In this document: positions 25,362-32,000 of the stretch, one piece after another
How positions within the stretch are numbered: the first letter of the stretch is position 1
How the letters are laid out: each line of letters opens with the position of its first letter
Origin: Opitutia bacterium KCR 482
GTDB taxonomy: Bacteria; Verrucomicrobiota; Verrucomicrobiia; Opitutales; Intestinicryptomonadaceae
Length of the DNA stretch: 32,000 nucleotides
Assembly: GCA_029269845.2 (NCBI GenBank)
Contig: CP149973.1
Span: 1,170,001-1,202,000, forward strand
Direction: 5' to 3'
The notes under the pieces: model-generated
Told to the model about the DNA's origin: nothing
The model's input: only the letters and a program-made list of their open reading frames with translations
The model's database searches: none
Translations under genes and position numbers: made by a program

Positions 25362-28300
25362 TTTTTTGAGAGTCGCGAGACCGAGCCTTTAATGTTTCTT
25401 TCGAGGTCGATTATTTTCTTTACGAGGGTATCGATTTGCTTTGCGATTTCGGAGAGCGAGCTTACCGCCTCGTCGATTCCGCCGCCCGCGCCCTTTTCGG
25501 AATCTCCCGATTTGCCCGACGCTTTTACCGATTGTGTTTTCTGGGGCGCGGATTTGGGTGCGCGGCTTTCCTCCAGCCGTTCCGAAAAGGATTTTGCCGA
25601 GCGCGGGGCTGGAATACCGCCGGTGGAGAATTCGTCCGCAGCGCCCGCCGTCCTTTCGGACAGGCGCTCCGAATACGACTTTGCCACACGCGGCGCGGGA
25701 ACGCCGCCCGTCGAAAACCTTCCCACCGTTTCAGAGACCGCTCCGACCGCCGCGGAAACCGCGCTTCCGCCCGCGCCCGCAACTGCCCGCGCGGTGTCCG
25801 ACGGCGTTTTGATTGCCCCCGCCCTTGCGGCGACTCCGTACGCCCTTTGCGAGGTTTCCGCGTCGGACTGCGCGACGGCCTCCTTGCTCGTAGGGTTTAC
25901 GAACTTCCCCGTTTTGCGGTCGATGCCCTTGTATTCGCGCACGTCGTCGTTGATTGAAATTCCGTAGCGTTTTTCGAAGCGCTCGGCCATTTTTACGCCG
26001 CGGCTGATGTCGGCGCGGGAGTCCGAGCCGAGCAGCTCTTTGATTTTGTTTTGCTGCCGCTCCATCTGCCCGACGCTCGCGCCGTAGCGGGCGTTTTTGT
26101 TTGCGGTTGCGGGCTTCTGCTTCTTTTGAATGTCGTCGATTTTCTTAATGTCGGCGAGCGCCTCCGAATACGAAGTTTTGAAGCGTTCTGCGTATTCGGT
26201 GGCGCGTTTGCGGATTGAAAGCGCTTCCGCTTCGACCTTTTTTCCCGACGCTTTGAGCGCGGAAATCTGCGCCTCCACAACGAGCATATTGCGCTCGCGG
26301 GCGAGCTTGTCGGCCTCGATTTTCGCCTCCGCTTCGACCTTCGCCGTAGCGATTTCCCGCGCGTCGGCGTCGGAGAGGTTGGCGCTTTCTTTGAGGTTCA
26401 GAATCTCGCGTTCGATGTCGAGCCTGCGCTGCGTCTTTGCCGCCGCCGCATTGTCGCCGCGAGCCTGCGCCTGCAAAATTTCGAGCGAAAGCCGCGCGGT
26501 TTCCGCCGCCGCGCGTTTCTTTTCCTCGTTCGCGGCCTTCGGTTCCAGCCGCGCGATTTCCCCGCGCAAAGCCGCCGTCTCTCGGAGCTTTTCGCCGAGC
26601 ATATCGTAGGCTTTCGCGCGGTCGGCAAAACTTTTCGAAGTGTTGCCCGCGTCGCTTTCGAGCCTTGCGATTTCCTCCTCGACGGCGCGGAGGTCGCGTT
26701 CCCTCTCGATTTTCCGTTCGGTATCGGAAAGGGCTTCGAGCGCGACCGCGCGTTTGATTTGGTTTGTGCGTCGCGCGGCGGTTTCGAACGCCTTGCGGTC
26801 GGCGGCCTCCCTTGCGAGCGCTTCCGCCGACGTGCGCGATTCAAGCTCCGCCTCCTTGCGGGCAAGCACCGTCCGCACCGACATCATCGCCGTGTTTAGC
26901 GACTGAATCTTCCTGAAGAGAGCCGTCCGTGATTCGTACTCGGCAAGCTCGCCCTCGCCGTACTGCGCCCCTTTTGCGAAGTTCGCGTCGCCGCCGCGCC
27001 TGCGGTTGCGCTCGCGGACCTGCTCGCGCTTGTCCGCGCGGTCGAGCATCTGCGCGTGTCTTTCGTATTCCGTCTTGACCTGCTCGAAATAGTTCCGCAG
27101 GCGGCCGACGCTTTCGGTCGTCGCGTCTTCGGCGGCGAAAGTGCGCATATCGGCGTTGACCTGTGCAACGCCGCTTTGGACGGCGCGGAGGGCGGGCGGA
27201 AGCTGCTCGTACGCCGAGCGCGCGCGTCCCGCAGCCTCCGCGCTCGAAATGAACTTGTCGGCAAGGTATCCGAGACCGACGGCAAGGGCGCCGATGCCCG
27301 TCATCGCCAACGCGCCGCGAAACGCCCGCAACGCGATTGTCGCCGCGGTAGCCGCGCCCGCGTTTGCGGTGAACGCCACGGATAGCGCCCGCAGACCCGC
27401 CGCCGTGGAAACGAATACGCGCGACATCGTGCCGAAAACCGCCACAAGGCGCGTCGCCGCGAAAATCGCCGGACCGATTGCAGCAACGGCAAGCCCGACC
27501 GACGCGGCGAATCTCTTTGTTTTGTCGTCGGAGGCGTTGAACGCGCTTACGAGGTCGTATGCCTGCATCACGACTTCGCGCAGCGCCTTTCCGAGCGACG
27601 AACTTTCAACCGCAATCTGCGCCTCTTCGACCGCCGACTTGATTTGGAAGAACGCTCCGCGCAGGTTGTCCTCCTGCTGTTTTGCGATTCGCTCCGTCGT
27701 GCCCGCCGAGTCTTTGAGCGCGTCGGAAAAGCGTTTGAGGCTGTCGCCGCCCATATCGGTGAGCGCGGCGACGGCGGCGGCCGCGCGGTCTCCGAAAATC
27801 CTGAAAATCTGCTCCGTGGAAATGCCTGCATCACCGAGGTCGCTTATGATGTCGAGAATCGGGCGCATTTTGCCCGACGCGTCCTTCGTATCGACGCCGA
27901 GTTCCGCAAGCACTTTCTGCGCGTCGCGCGACGGTTTGACGAGCGAGGAAATCGCCTTGCGCAGCGCCGTGCCCGCCATCGTGCCCTGCAAGCCCGCGTT
28001 GCCGAGGGCGCCGACTGCCGCCGTGATGTCTTCGATACTCTGCCCCGACGACCTCGCGACGGGCGCGACGTATTTCATCGCGTCGCCGAGTTGGCGCAAG
28101 TCGGTGTTCGAACTCGTGAACGCCTTTACGAGAACGTCGTTTGCGTGGGCGAGTTCGCCAACGTCAAGCCCGAAGCCGCGCAGGATGTTCGACGTGATGT
28201 TTGCGGCGGTGCCCATATCGAGCGTGGCGGCTGCGGCAAGCTGCAACACCGACGGCATAGAGCGCGTCATTTCCGACACCGAAAAGCCCGACATCGCAAG

Positions 28301-28630
28301 GTACGACATTGCGTTTGCCGCGTCGCTTGCCGAAAAGCGGGTTGTCGCACCGAGTTCCCGGGCCTGCGCGGTCAGGGCTTTCAGCTCGCCGGCCGTCGCC
28401 GCGGAAATCGCGCCCACGCGCGACATCTGCGCCTCGAAGTCGGTGAAGAGTTTGGCGGCGAGCGTGCCGAACGCAACAAGCGGCGCGGTGAAGTACATCG
28501 ACATCGACTTGCCGAATGTCTCCAAGCCCGCGACCTTTTGCGAGATTCTTCCGAGCGCGTCCTCAACTTTCTTCCCGCCGCCGACGTCGGAATCGAGCAG
28601 AAGCCTGATGATGAAATCTTTCGCCGCCAT
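25358..28630 (-). CDS. Phage tail tape measure protein (TP901-family core)
   Basis: 1090 aa. The N-terminal third matches the TMP core pattern (FEAQMSRVGAISAAT...AMSYLAMSGF...LQLAAAA...NAGLQGTMAGTALR). It also has central hydrophobic helices and a long Ala/Glu/Arg coiled coil. Confidence 0.9.
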   Translation of the reverse strand: MAAKDFIIRLLLDSDVGGGKKVEDALGRISQKVAGLETFGKSMSMYFTAPLVAFGTLAAKLFTDFEAQMSRVGAISAATAGELKALTAQARELGATTRFSASDAANAMSYLAMSGFSVSEMTRSMPSVLQLAAAATLDMGTAANITSNILRGFGLDVGELAHANDVLVKAFTSSNTDLRQLGDAMKYVAPVARSSGQSIEDITAAVGALGNAGLQGTMAGTALRKAISSLVKPSRDAQKVLAELGVDTKDASGKMRPILDIISDLGDAGISTEQIFRIFGDRAAAAVAALTDMGGDSLKRFSDALKDSAGTTERIAKQQEDNLRGAFFQIKSAVEEAQIAVESSSLGKALREVVMQAYDLVSAFNASDDKTKRFAASVGLAVAAIGPAIFAATRLVAVFGTMSRVFVSTAAGLRALSVAFTANAGAATAATIALRAFRGALAMTGIGALAVGLGYLADKFISSAEAAGRARSAYEQLPPALRAVQSGVAQVNADMRTFAAEDATTESVGRLRNYFEQVKTEYERHAQMLDRADKREQVRERNRRRGGDANFAKGAQYGEGELAEYESRTALFRKIQSLNTAMMSVRTVLARKEAELESRTSAEALAREAADRKAFETAARRTNQIKRAVALEALSDTERKIERERDLRAVEEEIARLESDAGNTSKSFADRAKAYDMLGEKLRETAALRGEIARLEPKAANEEKKRAAAETARLSLEILQAQARGDNAAAAKTQRRLDIEREILNLKESANLSDADAREIATAKVEAEAKIEADKLARERNMLVVEAQISALKASGKKVEAEALSIRKRATEYAERFKTSYSEALADIKKIDDIQKKQKPATANKNARYGASVGQMERQQNKIKELLGSDSRADISRGVKMAERFEKRYGISINDDVREYKGIDRKTGKFVNPTSKEAVAQSDAETSQRAYGVAARAGAIKTPSDTARAVAGAGGSAVSAAVGAVSETVGRFSTGGVPAPRVAKSYSERLSERTAGAADEFSTGGIPAPRSAKSFSERLEESRAPKSAPQKTQSVKASGKSGDSEKGAGGGIDEAVSSLSEIAKQIDTLVKKIIDLERNIKGSVSRLSKK

Positions 28631-28642
28631 TTTTTGTTTGAA

Positions 28643-28954
28643 TTAGAGGTTTGCCTTCATCGCGTCGTTGCCCGCGGCGATAATGTTGCCGAGGCTTTCG
28701 GCGGCGGCCGCGTCGAAGCGCGGAATGAATAGCGGCGCGAGGTCTTCGGCGGTCGGGTATTCGGCGCGGGAGTCGCCTTTGAGCATCGCCCACGCGAGAA
28801 TTACCACCGTCGAAATTCTCGCCGCCGCAGAGCCGCGCTTGTCGGCGAGCGCCTGCATTTCCTCGGCGGTGCCGCCCGCGCGTTCGTAGCGGAAGTACGC
28901 CTGCGCGTCCCAGGCGACCGCGATTTTCTTTCCGTTGATTTCGATTTCCGTCAT
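28643..28954 (-). CDS. Putative tail assembly chaperone (103 aa)
   Basis: It lies immediately upstream of the tape measure gene. ATG at 28954 is preceded by GGAAAGGAA. The N-terminus MTEIEINGKKIAVAWD resembles chaperone families. The call is mostly positional. Confidence 0.55.
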   Translation of the reverse strand: MTEIEINGKKIAVAWDAQAYFRYERAGGTAEEMQALADKRGSAAARISTVVILAWAMLKGDSRAEYPTAEDLAPLFIPRFDAAAAESLGNIIAAGNDAMKANL

Positions 28955-29015
28955 TTTCAAATTCCTTTCCGTTTGAAAAAATCCGCCGCGGGGCATTGCC
29001 CTGCGGCGGCGTATT

Positions 29016-29735
29016 TTATTTTGCGATTTTCGCGTCGAGCAGCCGTTCGGTCAGGTACTTGCCCACGGTCTTGATTTTTACAAGCGCGGCGTTGTCGGCG
29101 TCCGCGCCTTTGACGAGCATTTCGCACTCGTAGGCCGTGCAGAACTTTTTCGCGGCGGCGAAATCGGAGGAACGCAGAAGCATTTTCCGCGTGTCCTCCG
29201 CAAAGGACACAAGCCCCGAAAGCGGAATCGCCGCGAGCCTGTCGGCGTTGGCAAACAGCCACGCTTCGTCGCGTGCGGCGAACGCGCAGCCGGTTATCAG
29301 CGTTTCGGGCATCGCAACGCCGTCGATTTTGTAGCCGTCGGCCTTGATTTTATCCCAAGCTGTCGGGTTTTCGGCAAAGTAGACCTGCGGCACAAGGCGC
29401 AGCGCCGTGTTTGCGGGTACGTCGAGCTCGCGGGAGAGCACCCAGTAGACCGCCCTGAAGAACGCGCGGTTTTCGACGGCGAGCTTTTTCTGCTCGTCGG
29501 TCATCGACGCGTTTTGCGGTTCGCCCAGAAAAAATTTTGCGGCGTTCGTACTCTTCCAAGCGTCGAACTCGCGCACGAAGTCGGCCTTGTTTTCGGCCAT
29601 ATAGGCGCGGCGTGCGGCGCGGACGGTGTCGTTGTCCTGATAGGCGGGCATTTCGGCTTTAAGCTCCGCGAGCGTTTTTGCGTACGCGCCCAGCCCGCAG
29701 GCGAGCGCAAGAGTTGTGATAATGATTTTTTTCAT
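29016..29735 (-). CDS. Secreted helical protein (239 aa), paralog of 29751..30458
   Basis: Signal peptide MKKIIITTLALACGLGAYA|K. It shares the layout and several motifs with the next gene. Confidence 0.7.
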   Translation of the reverse strand: MKKIIITTLALACGLGAYAKTLAELKAEMPAYQDNDTVRAARRAYMAENKADFVREFDAWKSTNAAKFFLGEPQNASMTDEQKKLAVENRAFFRAVYWVLSRELDVPANTALRLVPQVYFAENPTAWDKIKADGYKIDGVAMPETLITGCAFAARDEAWLFANADRLAAIPLSGLVSFAEDTRKMLLRSSDFAAAKKFCTAYECEMLVKGADADNAALVKIKTVGKYLTERLLDAKIAK

Positions 29736-29750
29736 TTGTCGGTTCCTTTC

Positions 29751-30458
29751 CTATTTTGAAATTTTCGCGTCGATGATTCGCGCAGTCAGCGCCTTGCCGA
29801 CGGCTTGGATTTTTTCGGTGTTTTGGCAGTCGTGCAAAAGCATAGCGTTTTCGAATTCGTTGCAGACGGCTTTTGCCTTCGCGGTGTCGGCGGCATACAG
29901 GCACATTCTGCGGACGGCTTCGCACTTGGCGTCGAGCCATTCGGCGGAGCGGTTTAAAATTCCGTCGCGATAGCGGTATACGGTGTCGATGTCGCGCGTC
30001 GAGAGACCTATTTCGAGCCCGAACCAGAGCGGAATTTCGATGCCGCCCACCTTGTAGCCGGCGGCTTTGATTGCCGCCCAAGCGTCGGGGTTGAGCGAAA
30101 CGAATTTCCAGCAGTTGAGCGAAATCTTCACGTCGTCGGGAGCGTCGATGTCTCCGTCGGCGGCGTAGAGGTGCGAAAACAGCGAGCGCATATAAAATTT
30201 GTTCTGCTTTGCTTCGGGCGAGAGCGACGCCCACTCCGCAACCGCGCGGGTCTGAAATTTGACGTACGGCGAGTTTTTGTTTTTCTGCCACGCCGCGCGG
30301 ATGTCGGCGATGTTTTCGCGGACGTAGTTTTGGCGTGCCTCCTTGACGTTTTGGGACGAATCGAGAGCGCGGAACTCGGCGACAAGTTCGTCGGTTGATT
30401 TTGCGTATGCCGAGACGGCGCACGCCGCGGCGATGGTTGCGATGATGTATTTTTTCAT
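29751..30458 (-). CDS. Secreted helical protein (235 aa), paralog of 29016..29735
   Basis: Signal peptide MKKYIIATIAAACAVSAYA|K. Confidence 0.7.
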   Translation of the reverse strand: MKKYIIATIAAACAVSAYAKSTDELVAEFRALDSSQNVKEARQNYVRENIADIRAAWQKNKNSPYVKFQTRAVAEWASLSPEAKQNKFYMRSLFSHLYAADGDIDAPDDVKISLNCWKFVSLNPDAWAAIKAAGYKVGGIEIPLWFGLEIGLSTRDIDTVYRYRDGILNRSAEWLDAKCEAVRRMCLYAADTAKAKAVCNEFENAMLLHDCQNTEKIQAVGKALTARIIDAKISK

Positions 30459-30483
30459 TTTTGTTTTTTTGAGGTTCGAAATT

Positions 30484-30936
30484 TTATTCGATGCCGAATT
30501 CGTCGCGGAGCATTTGCAGTTTTTCGAACTTGTCGGCGCGGTCGAAGTCGATGCGGAAATAGCCCATATCGGTGGCGGGGCTTGCCGTGGCGATGTCTAT
30601 GAAAACGCGCGGCTTTGTGTTTTGCAAAACCCACAGCCTCAGGTCGGCGAACCGCTCGGCGGAAAGCGCAAGCGCGGCGCGGCCGACCGCGTCTTTCGAA
30701 AATTCCGCCGCGCGGGCGAGTTTTGCGGAGTCTTTAAAATTCCGCGACGAGCGTACCGCGGCAACGCCGTCTTTTGCGGAGTCCGCCTCTTTGGCAGCCG
30801 ACACGGCGGCACGCGCGGACTTTGCCGACTGCGCGAATTCAAGCGTTGCGAGCATATCGCGGTAATCCCGCGAAAGGTCGGCGAACGCCGCGTTTGCGGC
30901 GAGTGCCGCCAAAATCATAAAAGCGGTTTTTCTCAT
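30484..30936 (-). CDS. Secreted hypothetical protein (150 aa)
   Basis: Signal peptide MRKTAFMILAALAANAAFA|D. Confidence 0.6.
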   Translation of the reverse strand: MRKTAFMILAALAANAAFADLSRDYRDMLATLEFAQSAKSARAAVSAAKEADSAKDGVAAVRSSRNFKDSAKLARAAEFSKDAVGRAALALSAERFADLRLWVLQNTKPRVFIDIATASPATDMGYFRIDFDRADKFEKLQMLRDEFGIE

Positions 30937-30940
30937 CGGT

Positions 30941-31684
30941 TTACTTTCGATAGTAGGTTATAATCGGGGCACGCCAGATGCGGCTGCTGTTTGCGCCGTC
31001 CATCTCGATTTCGTTCGAATTTTTGCGGCTTACCAAAATCGTGTTTTCGGGATTCAGGAAAATCTCGCGAATTGAAACGCCGTTGAGCGTTCCCGACAAG
31101 TCGGGGTAAAATTCGATTGTCGAAATCGAAACGGGTTTTGACGTATACCCGCCGTAAAACTGCCCCGTCGTGAATCCCTCGTACTTGAAAATCGAAATTC
31201 CGCTGCCGCCCGCCGAGCGTTTAAGCTCTTTTTTCGGCTTGGCGCAAATGCCCGTGGTCGGGTTCGGACCCGACGGGTAATAAAAAATTCGGCACTTGTC
31301 GTCCTCGATACCCAAGCCCTCGTGATAGCTTCTGTCGCGCCAGACCGTAGAAACGTGGTAGAGCAAAACGCCGGTTTTGCTCAAAACTTTCAATTCGCAT
31401 TCCCACCAATATACCGCCCGAGAATTTGACGAGTTCGTGCCCGTGCGGAACATATCCACGCGGATGCAGAGCACCTCGTTCGAAACGAGGTTGTTGTCGG
31501 CGGCGAACTGCGCGGCGTTCGGCAGTTTGCCGCTCGTCATCAGCTTGTTCGCCGAAATGAATTTGGAGTCGGGCGCGAGCTTCGACGTTTCCGAATCCAC
31601 GGGGAGCGGCGCGTAGCGCGCGCCGAATGCCGGCAGCGAAACCGCCGCGGCGGTTGCGAGTGTAAAGACGGTTTTTTTAAACAT
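30941..31684 (-). CDS. Secreted hypothetical protein (247 aa)
   Basis: ATG at 31684 gives MFKKTVFTLATAAAVSLPAFGA. It overlaps the upstream gene's end by 8 nt (ATGTTTAA). Confidence 0.65.
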   Translation of the reverse strand: MFKKTVFTLATAAAVSLPAFGARYAPLPVDSETSKLAPDSKFISANKLMTSGKLPNAAQFAADNNLVSNEVLCIRVDMFRTGTNSSNSRAVYWWECELKVLSKTGVLLYHVSTVWRDRSYHEGLGIEDDKCRIFYYPSGPNPTTGICAKPKKELKRSAGGSGISIFKYEGFTTGQFYGGYTSKPVSISTIEFYPDLSGTLNGVSIREIFLNPENTILVSRKNSNEIEMDGANSSRIWRAPIITYYRK

Positions 31685-32000
31685 TTTCGACTCCGTTTTC
31701 GGACGGCGCAAGCATCAGCTGTCCGTCCACTCTTACAAGTTCAAGTTTGTGGTAAAGTCCGTCGCCGCCTTCCGTTTCGTCGAGCATATAAAGCCCGCGG
31801 TCCTCGCCGATGAATATGCGGTTGCCCGTAGCGACGAGCGCGGAATTGAGCTGCTTTATGATGCGCTCGTAAAGCGCGGTCGGGTTGGTCTGCTCGTTCA
31901 CGAGCGCAAGGATTTGGTCGCGGGCGTCGATTGCCTCCTGCCGTACGCGGCGGATTTCGTCGAGGGCTTCGACGAGCGACGCGCCCGAAACGCCATTGTC
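31677..32000 (-). CDS. Partial CDS (C-terminal ~107 codons, open to the window end), hypothetical and partly coiled-coil
   Basis: The frame stays open from 32000 down to the TAA at 31677-31679 (my translation: ...LVEALDEIRRVRQEAIDARDQILALVNEQTNP...). The track shows only the part from an internal GTG. Confidence 0.55.
   Translation of the reverse strand, partial: DNGVSGASLVEALDEIRRVRQEAIDARDQILALVNEQTNPTALYERIIKQLNSALVATGNRIFIGEDRGLYMLDETEGGDGLYHKLELVRVDGQLMLAPSENGVENV

Larger units (their letters stand above)
24150..32000 (-). mobile_element. Prophage-like tail module fragment (incomplete within the window)
   Basis: Tightly packed co-directional genes include a tape measure protein, a chaperone-like gene and a post-TMP tail gene. 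The module stops abruptly at ~24150 next to an AT-rich islet and a short tandem repeat. Confidence 0.55.

Noticed and set aside
28563-28793. Possible G/GT-type programmed frameshift product spanning the chaperone/TMP junction.
   Set aside because: The alternative-frame ORF is Arg-rich junk. I saw no slippery heptamer, and only 12 nt separate the chaperone-like gene from the TMP start, leaving no room for a T-extension ORF.

Overview
High-GC bacterial chromosomal window. I saw no rRNA, tRNA or CRISPR array.

Gene content, left to right:
- an ABC-2 exporter operon (ATPase, permease and the start of a third gene, all joined by ATGA overlaps)
- an acyl-carrier-protein-like gene
- a hypothetical protein
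- a histidine-decarboxylase-like PLP enzyme
- a secreted hypothetical protein
- a GAF/AAA+/Fis-HTH regulator that lacks the GAFTGA sigma-54 contact loop
- a HAD-like hydrolase
- two paralogous ~700-aa exported TIM-barrel glycoside hydrolases
- four exported xylose-isomerase-like TIM-barrel proteins (three lipoprotein-type paralogs plus one Tat-signal protein)
- an EF-hand/TM protein translationally coupled to a lipoprotein
- a small AT-rich islet (VOC/glyoxalase-like protein plus a secreted protein)
- from ~24.1 kb to the window end, a minus-strand phage tail-module fragment (tape measure protein, chaperone-like gene, hub/distal-tail-like gene) that unusually carries four signal-peptide proteins

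The most unusual content is non-coding:
1. A ~396-nt hairpin-dense element occurs twice (3201-3596 and 17851-18247). Its differences are largely compensatory changes in stems.
2. A ~940-nt gene-free region (11968-12906) holds a strongly A+C-skewed tract, several perfect hairpins, and a 2 x 144-nt tandem repeat. The repeat core resembles the core of element (1).

I could not assign either to a known RNA family or mobile element from the sequence alone. They are the best candidates here for something undescribed.

The gene content suggests a PVC-group glycan degrader (Lentisphaerota/Kiritimatiellota/Verrucomicrobiota-like). That is inference only.
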